Program-made: the position numbers and the translations under genes | Source of the DNA: Escherichia coli | GTDB taxonomy: Bacteria > Pseudomonadota > Gammaproteobacteria > Enterobacterales > Enterobacteriaceae | Direction: 5' to 3' (one strand) | Length of the DNA stretch: 64,000 bases | Assembly (NCBI RefSeq): GCF_044647545.1 | Contig: NZ_CP172818.1 | The notes under the pieces: generated by a model | What the model saw: only the letters and a program-made list of their open reading frames with translations | The model's database searches: none | What the model was told of the DNA's origin: nothing | In this document: piece by piece, positions 36,546-47,990 of the stretch | Numbering within the stretch: position 1 is the stretch's first letter | How the letters are laid out: each line of letters opens with the position of its first letter

Positions 36546-37478
36546 TTACATGACCTGATAGCCTTCGTCGGGCTTGCCCAGCCGTTGCTGGCACCATGCC
36601 GCCAGAAATTCCACGCAGACACGTAATTTCATGCTGCGATAGAGCGGCTCCCGGTAAACAGCCCAGATATTGGCGCTTTGTGCATACTCCGGCAATACTC
36701 GCACCAGTTTGCCACTCTCCAGAAACGGCAACACATCCCACTCGGAACGCAACATAATCCCTTTGCCCTCCAGCGCCCATTGCAACACTATCTCGCCGCT
36801 ATTGGAGGAAAGATGCCCGCTTACCTTCACCGATTTTTTCTCCTGACCGTTCCCCAACTCCCATATTCCGTGGGTCATATCGCGCTCTTTGGTCACCAGA
36901 CAATCATGACGACTTAATTCCTGTAAGGATTGTGGCTGCGGATATTTTTGCAGATACTCAGGTGCTGCGCATAATATTCTTTTATTTTTCGTTAACAGAT
37001 GCGCAATATAATAATCAGGAATTTCGTCATTAATACGAATATCCAGATCAATATTATCCTGCACTAAATCAATTTGCCGATCGAACAATTCAAAATGCAC
37101 CTGTAACTCAGGATAATTGCGCATCAGTTCGGTAATGGCTGGCGCAATATGGCTGCGCCCAAAACCAAAACTGCAACCAATACGAATCATCCCCTCCGGG
37201 CGCGTTTTGATTTGCGTGACGTCATCGACCAGTCGCTGATATTGGGTGAGGATTTCCAGCGCATGCTCGTAACAACGTTGGCCACTTTCAGTCAGCGCCA
37301 CACCGCGAGCGGAGCGGTTCAGCAGCGTTGTTGCCAGCGTATTTTCAAGGATTTGGATCCGCTTGGTGACAAATGCAGGCGTCTGCCCAAGCGTCGCCGC
37401 TGCAGCACTAAAACTCCCGCTGTGGACGATTTCTACCAGTACCTGCAAATCTTTGGCTAAAGGCCAGCTATTCAGCAT
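36546..37478 (-). CDS. ttdR: LysR-family transcriptional activator of the tartrate operon
   Basis: 310 aa; N-terminal HTH, divergent from ttdA. Confidence 0.9.
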   Translation of the reverse strand: MLNSWPLAKDLQVLVEIVHSGSFSAAAATLGQTPAFVTKRIQILENTLATTLLNRSARGVALTESGQRCYEHALEILTQYQRLVDDVTQIKTRPEGMIRIGCSFGFGRSHIAPAITELMRNYPELQVHFELFDRQIDLVQDNIDLDIRINDEIPDYYIAHLLTKNKRILCAAPEYLQKYPQPQSLQELSRHDCLVTKERDMTHGIWELGNGQEKKSVKVSGHLSSNSGEIVLQWALEGKGIMLRSEWDVLPFLESGKLVRVLPEYAQSANIWAVYREPLYRSMKLRVCVEFLAAWCQQRLGKPDEGYQVM

Positions 37479-37684
37479 CGTTAATTATCCGCAGTTGTGA
37501 TAAGCGCAGTGTATTTCGCAAAACATTGCCATTCCCTGCTCTGGCGCAATATTCATTCTTATTTTCGCGTTGATTCACGAACTGTGAATTACATATTCAC
37601 GGCGGCAAAAAATATAAAACCACATTTTTAGTGGTAGTTTGTGGCGGTGAATTTTTCCAGACAAATACATAAACTGGAGTTGCC

Positions 37685-38596
37685 ATGATGAGCGAAAGTA
37701 ATAAGCAACAGGCAGTGAATAAGTTGACGGAGATTGTCGCTAACTTTACCGCCATGATTTCTACCCGAATGCCCGATGACGTGGTGGATAAACTAAAACA
37801 GCTAAAGGATGCCGAAACGTCGTCGATGGGGAAAATCATCTACCACACGATGTTCGACAACATGCAAAAAGCAATCGACCTGAATCGCCCGGCCTGTCAG
37901 GACACCGGGGAGATTATGTTCTTCGTTAAAGTCGGTTCCCGCTTCCCACTGCTTGGCGAGCTGCAAAGCATACTCAAACAAGCCGTGGAAGAGGCAACCG
38001 TCAAAGCGCCACTGCGTCACAATGCGGTAGAAATTTTTGACGAAGTAAATACCGGCAAAAATACCGGTAGCGGCGTACCGTGGGTCACCTGGGACATCAT
38101 CCCCGACAATGACGATGCGGAAATCGAAGTTTACATGGCAGGCGGCGGCTGCACGCTACCAGGCCGCTCGAAAGTGTTAATGCCGTCAGAAGGCTACGAA
38201 GGCGTAGTGAAATTCGTCTTCGAAAATATCTCCACCCTCGCCGTAAACGCCTGTCCACCGGTACTGGTGGGCGTGGGCATCGCCACCTCGGTGGAAACCG
38301 CCGCAGTGCTCTCGCGAAAAGCCATTTTGCGCCCGATTGGCAGCCGCCACCCCAATCCGAAAGCGGCAGAGCTGGAGCTACGCCTGGAAGAAGGACTCAA
38401 CCGTCTGGGGATTGGTCCACAAGGGCTGACTGGCAACAGTTCAGTGATGGGCGTACATATCGAATCTGCCGCCCGCCATCCGTCAACCATCGGCGTTGCT
38501 GTTTCTACAGGCTGCTGGGCGCATCGTCGCGGCACACTGCTGGTTCATGCCGATCTCACCTTTGAAAATCTGTCTCACACCCGGAGCGCGTTATGA
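37685..38596 (+). CDS. ttdA: L(+)-tartrate dehydratase alpha subunit
   Basis: 303 aa; Fe-S hydro-lyase alpha-type. Confidence 0.93.
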
Positions 38597-39198
38597 AAAA
38601 GATCCTGACAACCCCGATCAAAGCTGAAGATCTGCAAGATATTCGCGTCGGCGATGTGATCTACCTGACCGGTACGCTGGTGACCTGCCGTGACGTTTGT
38701 CACCGTCGCTTGATCGAACTCAAACGTCCGATCCCTTACGATCTCAACGGCAAAGCGATTTTCCACGCTGGCCCCATCGTGCGCAAAAACGGCGACAAAT
38801 GGGAGATGGTGTCCGTCGGCCCGACAACCAGTATGCGTATGGAAAGTTTTGAACGTGAATTTATCGAGCAGACCGGCGTGAAACTGGTGGTCGGCAAAGG
38901 CGGAATGGGGCCGCTGACCGAAGAAGGCTGCCAGAAATTCAAGGCGCTGCATGTGATTTTCCCGGCAGGCTGCGCAGTACTGGCGGCAACCCAGGTGGAA
39001 GAGATTGAAGAGGTGCACTGGACAGAACTCGGGATGCCGGAGTCACTGTGGGTCTGCCGGGTCAAAGAGTTCGGCCCGCTGATTGTCTCTATTGATACCC
39101 ACGGCAACAACCTGATAGCCGAAAACAAAAAGCTGTTCGCCGAACGCCGCGATCCCATCGTGGAAGAGATTTGCGAGCACGTCCACTACATCAAATAA
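38593..39198 (+). CDS. ttdB: L(+)-tartrate dehydratase beta subunit
   Basis: 201 aa; start overlaps ttdA stop (ATGA). Confidence 0.93.
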
Positions 39199-39246
39199 CC
39201 CTCCCGGAGAGGCTCACCCCCTCTCCTTTTTCGCAGGCATAACACG

Positions 39247-40710
39247 ATGAAACCTTCCACTGAATGGTGGCGATACCTTGCGCCGCTGGCGGTCATCGCC
39301 ATTATTGCTCTACTTCCGCTTCCCGCAGGGCTGGAGAGTCATACCTGGCTCTACTTTGCCGTTTTTACTGGCGTGATCGTTGGACTGATCCTCGAACCCG
39401 TGCCGGGTGCCGTGGTGGCGATGGTGGGTATCTCCATCATCGCCATTCTTTCGCCGTGGCTGCTGTTTAGCCCGGAGCAGCTCGCCCAGCCAGGTTTTAA
39501 GTTCACCGCCAAATCCCTCTCCTGGGCGGTTTCTGGTTTTTCTAATTCGGTTATCTGGCTGATTTTCGCCGCCTTTATGTTTGGCACAGGCTATGAAAAA
39601 ACCGGGCTTGGACGCCGCATTGCGCTGATTCTGGTGAAAAAAATGGGGCATCGCACGCTGTTTCTCGGCTATGCAGTGATGTTCTCCGAGCTGATACTCG
39701 CGCCTGTAACACCGTCCAACTCGGCGCGTGGTGCGGGAATTATCTTTCCCATCATCCGTAACCTGCCACCGCTCTATCAATCACAACCAAACGACAGCAG
39801 TTCGCGCAGCATTGGCTCGTACATCATGTGGATGGGGATTGTTGCCGACTGCGTGACCAGCGCCATTTTCCTGACGGCGATGGCACCTAACTTGCTGTTA
39901 ATTGGCCTGATGAAAAGCGCATCTCACGCCACACTGAGTTGGGGCGACTGGTTCCTCGGGATGTTGCCGCTCAGTATTTTACTGGTTCTGCTGGTTCCCT
40001 GGCTGGCTTACGTGCTGTACCCGCCGGTACTGAAGTCTGGTGATCAGGTGCCGCGCTGGGCAGAGACGGAACTGCAGGCAATGGGCCCGCTCTGTTCGCG
40101 TGAAAAACGGATGTTGGGGCTGATGGTAGGCGCGCTGGTGCTGTGGATTTTCGGCGGTGATTATATCGATGCCGCGATGGTCGGTTACAGCGTGGTGGCG
40201 CTGATGCTGCTTCTGCGCATTATCAGTTGGGACGACATTGTCAGTAATAAAGCCGCGTGGAACGTTTTCTTCTGGCTGGCCTCGCTTATCACCCTCGCTA
40301 CCGGACTCAACAACACCGGTTTTATTAGCTGGTTTGGCAAACTGTTAGCAGGCAGCTTAAGCGGTTATTCGCCAACGATAGTGATGGTGGCGTTGATTGT
40401 GGTGTTTTATCTACTGCGCTACTTTTTCGCCAGCGCCACGGCGTATACCTCCGCTCTCGCGCCGATGATGATTGCCGCCGCGCTGGCGATGCCGGAAATC
40501 CCGCTGCCGGTATTCTGCCTGATGGTTGGCGCGGCAATTGGTCTGGGGAGCATTCTTACGCCATACGCCACCGGACCCAGCCCGATTTACTACGGTAGTG
40601 GTTATCTGCCAACGGTGGATTACTGGCGACTGGGGGCAATTTTTGGGCTGATATTCCTCGTATTGCTGGTGATTACCGGCTTACTGTGGATGCCCGTGGT
40701 GTTGCTTTAA
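39247..40710 (+). CDS. ttdT: Tartrate/succinate antiporter (DASS family)
   Basis: 487-aa polytopic membrane ORF. Confidence 0.92.
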   Translation: MKPSTEWWRYLAPLAVIAIIALLPLPAGLESHTWLYFAVFTGVIVGLILEPVPGAVVAMVGISIIAILSPWLLFSPEQLAQPGFKFTAKSLSWAVSGFSNSVIWLIFAAFMFGTGYEKTGLGRRIALILVKKMGHRTLFLGYAVMFSELILAPVTPSNSARGAGIIFPIIRNLPPLYQSQPNDSSSRSIGSYIMWMGIVADCVTSAIFLTAMAPNLLLIGLMKSASHATLSWGDWFLGMLPLSILLVLLVPWLAYVLYPPVLKSGDQVPRWAETELQAMGPLCSREKRMLGLMVGALVLWIFGGDYIDAAMVGYSVVALMLLLRIISWDDIVSNKAAWNVFFWLASLITLATGLNNTGFISWFGKLLAGSLSGYSPTIVMVALIVVFYLLRYFFASATAYTSALAPMMIAAALAMPEIPLPVFCLMVGAAIGLGSILTPYATGPSPIYYGSGYLPTVDYWRLGAIFGLIFLVLLVITGLLWMPVVLL

Positions 40711-40752
40711 GTGAGGACGGTGCCGGAAGTGACTCTCCGGCACCCAATAGTT

Positions 40753-41766
40753 TTACGCGGCCGGTAACTCCGCCAGCGGCCAGCGCGGACGCACGCTAAC
40801 GCCGAGATCCGCCGTCGCGCCTGCTTTAAACCGCACCATTCCGGCATAGGCGATCATCGCGCCGTTATCAGTACAAAATTCCGGACGCGCGTAGAACACT
40901 TCGCCACGGCGTTTTTTCATCATTTCAGCCAGCTTCGCCCGTAACGTGCGGTTAGCACTCACGCCGCCTGCCATTACCAGTCGCTTAAAGCCCGTCTGAT
41001 CCAGTGCTCGCTTACACTTAATCATCAACGTATCGACCACCGCATCTTCAAAGGCGCGGGCGATATCAGCACGCGTCTGGTCGTCGGTGCCGTTGTCACG
41101 AATCGTGTTCGCCGCAAAGGTTTTCAGACCAGAAAAGCTGAAATCCAGCCCCGGACGGTCGGTCATCGGGCGCGGGAAGACAAAGCGCCCGGCAGTACCC
41201 TGAGCCGCCATTTTCGACAGTAACGGTCCGCCAGGATAATCCAGCCCCAGCAGCTTCGCGGTTTTATCAAACGCTTCACCGGCGGCATCATCAATAGACT
41301 CACCGAGCAGCTCGTACTGACCAATGCCAGTCACGCTGATTAACTGCGTATGACCGCCGGAAACCAGCAGCGCGACAAACGGAAATTCCGGTGGGTTATC
41401 TTCCAGCATCGGCGCTAACAGATGTCCTTCCATATGATGTACCGGGATTGCCGGAACGTCCCAGGCAAACGCCAGAGAACGCCCCACGGTCGCGCCAACC
41501 AGCAGTGCGCCGACTAATCCTGGGCCTGCGGTATAGGCCACAGCATCAATGTCTTTTGCCGTTAAACCAGACTCTTTCAGCGCCTCCTGGATCAACGGTA
41601 CGGTTTTACGCACGTGATCGCGGGAGGCCAGTTCAGGCACGACGCCGCCGTAGTCAGCGTGCAATTTCACCTGACTATACAATTGGTTGGCTAACAAACC
41701 TTTTTCATCGTCGTAAATGGCGATGCCGGTTTCATCGCAGGAAGTTTCAATACCCAGTACACGCAT
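40753..41766 (-). CDS. tsaD: tRNA N6-threonylcarbamoyladenosine synthase TsaD
   Basis: 337 aa Kae1/TsaD family ([20 protein letters not shown]...). Confidence 0.95.
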
Positions 41767-41964
41767 GACTTGTTTTACCTCGCTTTATTACCGCGCAGTG
41801 TAGGACCAATGCGGGTTGATGTAAAACTTTGTTCGCCCCTGGAGAAAGCCTCGTGTATACTCCTCACCCTTATAAAAGTCCCTTTCAAAAAAGGCCGCGG
41901 TGCTTTACAAAGCAGCAGCAATTGCAGTAAAATTCCGCACCATTTTGAAATAAGCTGGCGTTGA

Positions 41965-42219
<255 letters not shown>

Positions 42220-42262
42220 TTCCCCGAGAGCGTTGCTCTCCGATCAGACCGAGTTGTAGTTG

Positions 42263-42300
42263 TAAGGCCGTGCTTCCGAAAGGAATGCGCGGCTTATTTT
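42263..42300 (+). terminator. Partial intrinsic terminator (T1-like) between rpsU and dnaG
   Basis: GC-rich hairpin gccgtgcttccgaaaggaatgcgcggc followed by ttattttcgttt. Confidence 0.5.
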
Positions 42301-42329
42301 CGTTTATGAATTGCTAAAAATCGGGGCCT

Positions 42330-44075
42330 ATGGCTGGACGAATCCCACGCGTATTCATTAATGATCTGCTGGCACGCACTGACATCGTCGATCTGATCGA
42401 TGCCCGTGTGAAGCTGAAAAAGCAGGGCAAGAATTTCCACGCGTGTTGTCCATTCCACAACGAGAAAACCCCATCATTCACCGTTAACGGTGAGAAACAG
42501 TTTTACCACTGCTTTGGATGTGGCGCGCACGGCAACGCGATCGACTTCCTGATGAACTACGACAAGCTTGAGTTCGTCGAAACGGTCGAAGAGCTGGCAG
42601 CAATGCACAATCTTGAAGTGCCATTTGAAGCAGGTAGCGGCCCCAGCCAGATCGAGCGCCATCAACGACAAACGCTTTATCAGTTGATGGACGGTCTGAA
42701 TACGTTTTACCAACAATCTTTACAGCAACCTGTTGCCACGTCTGCGCGCCAGTATCTGGAAAAACGCGGATTAAGCCACGAGGTTATCGCCCGCTTTGCG
42801 ATTGGTTTTGCCCCCCCTGGCTGGGACAACGTCCTGAAGCGGTTTGGCGGCAATCCAGAAAATCGCCAGTCATTGATTGATGCGGGCATGTTGGTCACTA
42901 ACGATCAGGGGCGCAGTTACGACCGTTTCCGCGAGCGGGTGATGTTCCCCATTCGTGATAAACGCGGTCGGGTGATTGGTTTTGGCGGACGCGTGCTGGG
43001 CAACGATACCCCCAAATACCTGAACTCGCCGGAAACGGACATTTTCCATAAAGGCCGCCAGCTTTACGGTCTTTATGAAGCGCAGCAGGATAACGCTGAA
43101 CCCAATCGTCTGCTTGTGGTCGAAGGCTATATGGACGTGGTGGCGCTGGCGCAATACGGCATTAATTACGCCGTTGCGTCGTTAGGTACGTCAACCACCG
43201 CCGATCACATACAACTGTTGTTCCGCGCGACCAACAATGTCATTTGCTGTTATGACGGCGACCGTGCAGGCCGCGATGCCGCCTGGCGAGCGCTGGAAAC
43301 GGCGCTGCCTTACATGACAGACGGTCGTCAGCTACGCTTTATGTTTTTGCCTGATGGCGAAGACCCTGACACGCTGGTACGAAAAGAAGGTAAAGAAGCG
43401 TTTGAAGCGCGGATGGAGCAGGCGATGCCACTCTCCGCATTTCTGTTTAACAGTCTGATGCCGCAAGTTGATCTGAGTACCCCTGACGGGCGCGCACGTT
43501 TGAGTACGCTGGCACTGCCACTGATATCGCAAGTGCCGGGCGAAACGCTGCGAATATATCTTCGTCAGGAATTAGGCAACAAATTAGGCATACTTGATGA
43601 CAGCCAGCTTGAACGATTAATGCCAAAAGCGGCAGAGAGCGGCGTTTCTCGCCCTGTTCCGCAGCTAAAACGCACGACCATGCGTATACTTATAGGGTTG
43701 CTGGTGCAAAATCCAGAATTAGCGACGTTGGTCCCGCCGCTTGAGAATCTGGATGAAAATAAGCTCCCTGGACTTGGCTTATTCAGAGAACTGGTCAACA
43801 CTTGTCTCTCCCAGCCAGGTCTGACCACCGGGCAACTTTTAGAGCACTATCGTGGTACAAATAATGCTGCCACCCTTGAAAAACTGTCGATGTGGGACGA
43901 TATAGCAGATAAGAATATTGCTGAGCAAACCTTCACCGACTCACTCAACCATATGTTTGATTCGCTGCTTGAACTGCGCCAGGAAGAGTTAATCGCTCGT
44001 GAGCGCACGCATGGTTTAAGCAACGAAGAACGCCTGGAGCTCTGGACATTAAACCAGGAGCTGGCGAAAAAGTGA
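42330..44075 (+). CDS. dnaG: DNA primase
   Basis: 581 aa; zinc-binding CHC2 region (CCPFHNEKTPSF...CFGCG), TOPRIM, C-terminal helicase-interaction domain. Confidence 0.96.
   Translation: MAGRIPRVFINDLLARTDIVDLIDARVKLKKQGKNFHACCPFHNEKTPSFTVNGEKQFYHCFGCGAHGNAIDFLMNYDKLEFVETVEELAAMHNLEVPFEAGSGPSQIERHQRQTLYQLMDGLNTFYQQSLQQPVATSARQYLEKRGLSHEVIARFAIGFAPPGWDNVLKRFGGNPENRQSLIDAGMLVTNDQGRSYDRFRERVMFPIRDKRGRVIGFGGRVLGNDTPKYLNSPETDIFHKGRQLYGLYEAQQDNAEPNRLLVVEGYMDVVALAQYGINYAVASLGTSTTADHIQLLFRATNNVICCYDGDRAGRDAAWRALETALPYMTDGRQLRFMFLPDGEDPDTLVRKEGKEAFEARMEQAMPLSAFLFNSLMPQVDLSTPDGRARLSTLALPLISQVPGETLRIYLRQELGNKLGILDDSQLERLMPKAAESGVSRPVPQLKRTTMRILIGLLVQNPELATLVPPLENLDENKLPGLGLFRELVNTCLSQPGLTTGQLLEHYRGTNNAATLEKLSMWDDIADKNIAEQTFTDSLNHMFDSLLELRQEELIARERTHGLSNEERLELWTLNQELAKK
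43871..43903 (+). promoter_or_regulatory. Putative sigma-32 heat-shock promoter for rpoD inside the dnaG 3' end
   Basis: cccttgaaaa-N-gacgatata resembles sigma-32 -35/-10 elements; the Phs promoter is known to lie in the dnaG 3' coding region. Confidence 0.45.
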
Positions 44076-44269
44076 TTTAACGGCTTAAGTGCCGAAGAGC
44101 GATCGGGAAGCCCCCGACAGCCGCACTGAGAGGCAGCGGCAAATATATAAGTACGCCCTCGTAATTATCGTTGGCGGTAAACAACCGTTGGATTTCAGCG
44201 TTAACGGCTGAAGGACATCGGGTCAATCGCCCAACACCAACCTCATGAAATAAGTGTGGATACCGTCTT

Positions 44270-46111
44270 ATGGAGCAAAACCCGCAGTCACAGCTGAAAC
44301 TTCTTGTCACCCGTGGTAAGGAGCAAGGCTATCTGACCTATGCCGAGGTCAATGACCATCTGCCGGAAGATATCGTCGATTCAGATCAGATCGAAGACAT
44401 CATCCAAATGATCAACGACATGGGCATTCAGGTGATGGAAGAAGCACCGGATGCCGATGATCTGATGCTGGCTGAAAACACCGCGGACGAAGATGCTGCC
44501 GAAGCCGCCGCGCAGGTGCTTTCCAGCGTGGAATCTGAAATCGGGCGCACGACTGACCCGGTACGCATGTACATGCGTGAAATGGGCACCGTTGAACTGT
44601 TGACCCGCGAAGGCGAAATTGACATCGCTAAGCGTATTGAAGACGGGATCAACCAGGTTCAATGCTCCGTTGCTGAATATCCGGAAGCGATCACCTATCT
44701 GCTGGAACAGTACGATCGTGTTGAAGCAGAAGAAGCGCGTCTGTCCGATCTGATCACCGGCTTTGTTGACCCGAACGCAGAAGAAGATCTGGCACCTACC
44801 GCCACTCACGTCGGTTCTGAGCTTTCCCAGGAAGATCTGGACGATGACGAAGATGAAGACGAAGAAGATGGCGATGACGACAGCGCCGATGATGACAACA
44901 GCATCGACCCGGAACTGGCTCGCGAAAAATTTGCGGAACTGCGCGCTCAGTACGTTGTAACGCGTGACACCATCAAAGCGAAAGGTCGCAGTCACGCTGC
45001 CGCTCAGGAAGAGATCCTGAAACTGTCTGAAGTATTCAAACAGTTCCGCCTGGTGCCAAAGCAGTTTGACTACCTGGTCAACAGCATGCGCGTCATGATG
45101 GACCGCGTTCGTACGCAAGAACGTCTGATCATGAAGCTCTGCGTTGAGCAGTGCAAAATGCCGAAGAAAAACTTCATTACCCTGTTTACCGGCAACGAAA
45201 CCAGCGATACCTGGTTCAACGCGGCAATTGCGATGAACAAGCCGTGGTCGGAAAAACTGCACGATGTCTCTGAAGAAGTGCATCGCGCCCTGCAGAAACT
45301 GCAGCAGATTGAAGAAGAAACCGGCCTGACCATCGAGCAGGTTAAAGATATCAACCGTCGTATGTCCATCGGTGAAGCGAAAGCCCGCCGTGCGAAGAAA
45401 GAGATGGTTGAAGCGAACTTACGTCTGGTTATTTCTATCGCCAAGAAATACACCAACCGTGGCTTGCAGTTCCTTGACCTGATTCAGGAAGGTAACATCG
45501 GCCTGATGAAAGCGGTTGATAAATTCGAATACCGCCGTGGTTACAAGTTCTCCACCTACGCAACCTGGTGGATCCGTCAGGCGATCACCCGTTCTATCGC
45601 GGATCAGGCGCGCACCATCCGTATTCCGGTGCATATGATTGAGACTATCAACAAACTCAACCGTATTTCTCGCCAGATGCTGCAAGAGATGGGCCGTGAA
45701 CCGACGCCGGAAGAACTGGCTGAACGTATGCTGATGCCGGAAGACAAGATCCGCAAAGTGCTGAAGATCGCCAAAGAGCCAATCTCCATGGAAACGCCGA
45801 TCGGTGATGATGAAGATTCGCATCTGGGGGATTTCATCGAGGATACCACCCTCGAGCTGCCGCTGGATTCTGCGACCACCGAAAGCCTGCGTGCGGCAAC
45901 GCACGACGTGCTGGCTGGCCTGACCGCGCGTGAAGCGAAAGTTCTGCGTATGCGTTTCGGTATCGATATGAACACCGACCACACGCTGGAAGAAGTGGGT
46001 AAACAGTTCGACGTTACCCGCGAACGTATCCGTCAGATCGAAGCGAAGGCGCTGCGCAAACTGCGTCACCCGAGCCGTTCTGAAGTGCTGCGTAGCTTCC
46101 TGGACGATTAA
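44270..46111 (+). CDS. rpoD: RNA polymerase sigma-70 factor
   Basis: 613 aa; acidic non-conserved region, regions 2-4 (e.g. [24 protein letters not shown]). Confidence 0.97.
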   Translation: MEQNPQSQLKLLVTRGKEQGYLTYAEVNDHLPEDIVDSDQIEDIIQMINDMGIQVMEEAPDADDLMLAENTADEDAAEAAAQVLSSVESEIGRTTDPVRMYMREMGTVELLTREGEIDIAKRIEDGINQVQCSVAEYPEAITYLLEQYDRVEAEEARLSDLITGFVDPNAEEDLAPTATHVGSELSQEDLDDDEDEDEEDGDDDSADDDNSIDPELAREKFAELRAQYVVTRDTIKAKGRSHAAAQEEILKLSEVFKQFRLVPKQFDYLVNSMRVMMDRVRTQERLIMKLCVEQCKMPKKNFITLFTGNETSDTWFNAAIAMNKPWSEKLHDVSEEVHRALQKLQQIEEETGLTIEQVKDINRRMSIGEAKARRAKKEMVEANLRLVISIAKKYTNRGLQFLDLIQEGNIGLMKAVDKFEYRRGYKFSTYATWWIRQAITRSIADQARTIRIPVHMIETINKLNRISRQMLQEMGREPTPEELAERMLMPEDKIRKVLKIAKEPISMETPIGDDEDSHLGDFIEDTTLELPLDSATTESLRAATHDVLAGLTAREAKVLRMRFGIDMNTDHTLEEVGKQFDVTRERIRQIEAKALRKLRHPSRSEVLRSFLDD

Positions 46112-46163
46112 TCGGTAGGCCGGATCAGGCGTTACGCCGCACCCGGCACTAGTCCCTCTGCAC

Positions 46164-46192
46164 AAACGCCACCTTTTCGGTGGCGTTTTTTA
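46164..46192. terminator. Bidirectional intrinsic terminator between convergent rpoD and mug
   Basis: Hairpin gccacc ttttc ggtggc flanked by aaa on one side and tttttt on the other. Confidence 0.6.
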
Positions 46193-46696
46193 TCGCCCAC
46201 GCACTACCAGCGCCTGGTCCAACTCGCGATACGCTTCAACCAGTTTCTCCAGTGAAACGCGACTTAAACCGCTGGGATTTGGCAGCACCCAAATCTGCGT
46301 CGAACCAATGGTGAGCGTTTGTTTCCCCCACTGTGCACCGCGCTGGCTGAATCCCTGTTCATATGCTTGTTTGCCCAGAATCGCCAACGCCTGCGGCTGA
46401 TAATCTTCTATTTTTTCAATTAGCTTACGCCCGCCTGCGTGTAGCTCCTGCTTTGAAACTTCATTGGCTTGCACCGTTGGACGGTCTACCAGTTTGGTGA
46501 CGCCACAACGATAATCCAGCAGATGCTGTGCCTCCTGCGGCTTCAACTGACGGTCGGTAAACCCGGCCTGATATATCACCTTCCAGAAGCGATTTGCCGG
46601 ATGAGCAAAGGGAAAACCCGTTCCGGCGGATGAAAGCCCAGGGTTGATACCGCAAAACACGACCCGTAACCCTGGAGCCAAAATATCCTCAACCAT
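46190..46696 (-). CDS. mug: G/U mismatch-specific DNA glycosylase
   Basis: 168 aa; GINPG motif near the N-terminus. Confidence 0.93.
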
Positions 46697-46820
46697 ATTT
46701 ACTCCTTTCTAACATCACCAGGAAAAGTATAACGGATTGAAAATACATTGTTTATAAAAACAGCAGGCGCGCGGTAATGGCTGGATTGCGACACGGAGTT
46801 ACTTTATAATCCGCTACCAT

Positions 46821-46896
46821 GGCCCCTTAGCTCAGTGGTTAGAGCAGGCGACTCATAATCGCTTGGTCGCTGGTTCAAGTCCAGCAGGGGCCACCA
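46821..46896 (+). tRNA. ileX: tRNA-Ile (anticodon CAU, lysidine-modified; ileX-type)
   Basis: 76-nt cloverleaf ggcccctta...ggggcc-a-CCA; anticodon loop ctCATaa; position after mug as in K-12. Confidence 0.85.
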
Positions 46897-46903
46897 GATA
46901 TAG

Positions 46904-46940
46904 CAAAGGCTGACGAGAAATCGTCAGCCTTTTTCTTTTT
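46904..46940 (+). terminator. Intrinsic terminator downstream of ileX
   Basis: Hairpin ggctgacga gaaa tcgtcagcc followed by tttttcttttt. Confidence 0.75.
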
Positions 46941-46949
46941 ATATATCAG

Positions 46950-47714
46950 TTACTTTGCGTGCCAGTAAGCCGCTGCACGTACCCGCTGTGGGTCATACTG
47001 TTCCGCTTCAAAGCGGCGGCTTAAATTCTTAACGACTTTGCCTTCGCCGGTTATCCAGATGAAGTAATCATCGGCAGGGATTTGCATCTGCGCCAGACGC
47101 GCATCTACCGCCTGCTCATCATGCGCCAGCCATTCGATATTAAAACCATCAAGGTGCGCGAGATAATCCTGGCAGGCGTGATCCCGCACGCTAACCAGTG
47201 CGCTAACTTGCGGTTTAACAGCAAGTTTGCTCAACGTTTCCAGGCGGCGGCGCAGTGCGGGCATTCCGGATTCATCGCAGACATACAGCTGATACGCGTA
47301 ATCCTCTGGCACCACCAGCGAACCGCGCGGACCTGCCACCGTGAGTTTATCGCCCGGTTGCGCCTGCATTGCCCAGCTGCTGGCGACGCCACCGTCGTGA
47401 ATAAAGAAATCAATCGCCAGTTCATGGCGTAGTTCGTCATACAGCGGCGTATAGTCACGCGACGGTGGGCGTGGTCCTTCCGGCCAGACGATGCCCTCTT
47501 CCGTTACCGTTGGCGGCACAAAGTGAGCATCAGATTGAGGAAAGAAGAGTTTGCTGTGATCGTCAAAGCCGCGCGATGTAAAACCGTCCAGCGCCTCGCC
47601 GCCAAGGACAATGCGCTGAAAACCGGCGCTAATACGCTCAGCGCGTAGCACAGTCAATTCACGGAAGCGCAGATCATTGCGAACGCGCTGCGGGTAGCGG
47701 GGGGAGTTATTCAT
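46950..47714 (-). CDS. yqjH: NADPH-dependent ferric-chelate (siderophore) reductase
   Basis: 254-aa ORF, FAD-binding siderophore-interacting family. Confidence 0.9.
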   Translation of the reverse strand: MNNSPRYPQRVRNDLRFRELTVLRAERISAGFQRIVLGGEALDGFTSRGFDDHSKLFFPQSDAHFVPPTVTEEGIVWPEGPRPPSRDYTPLYDELRHELAIDFFIHDGGVASSWAMQAQPGDKLTVAGPRGSLVVPEDYAYQLYVCDESGMPALRRRLETLSKLAVKPQVSALVSVRDHACQDYLAHLDGFNIEWLAHDEQAVDARLAQMQIPADDYFIWITGEGKVVKNLSRRFEAEQYDPQRVRAAAYWHAK

Positions 47715-47764
47715 TGTTATCGCCTTCGTGATAGTAATCAGATATATCTAAATAAATTTCGCAA

Positions 47765-47790
47765 ATGATAATGATTGTTAATCATGATAA
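47765..47790. promoter_or_regulatory. Fur box in the yqjH-yqjI divergent promoter region
   Basis: tgataatgattgttaatcatgataa closely matches the Fur consensus gataatgataatcattatc. Confidence 0.7.
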
Positions 47791-47854
47791 ATGCAAGCGA
47801 TTTGTAGAACTGATATATCTGAAGTATGAGAAGACATTCAGCGTCGTAGCAAGG

Positions 47855-47890
47855 CTGCCGGATGCGGCGTGAACGAATTATCCGGCCTGG
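47855..47890. repeat. REP-like palindromic element
   Basis: gctgccggatgcggcgtgaacgaattatccggcctgg resembles enterobacterial REP sequences. Confidence 0.45.
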
Positions 47891-47990
47891 ATGTGAGGTG
47901 TATTCACGTTTAAAAATCATTTTTATACTTGCAAAAGCGCTCATATCAGATATAAATTAGATATATCTAATTAAGCAAAAGGAGGCTGAT

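Noticed and set aside
44800-44910. Acidic low-complexity stretch ([21 protein letters not shown]) in rpoD
   Set aside because: This is the native acidic non-conserved region of sigma-70, not an insertion or repeat expansion
46700-46950. Possible integrated element at the tRNA-Ile (ileX) locus
   Set aside because: tRNA genes are integration hotspots, but both flanks are core genes (mug, yqjH) with only a promoter and a terminator between; no integrase, direct repeats or foreign ORFs
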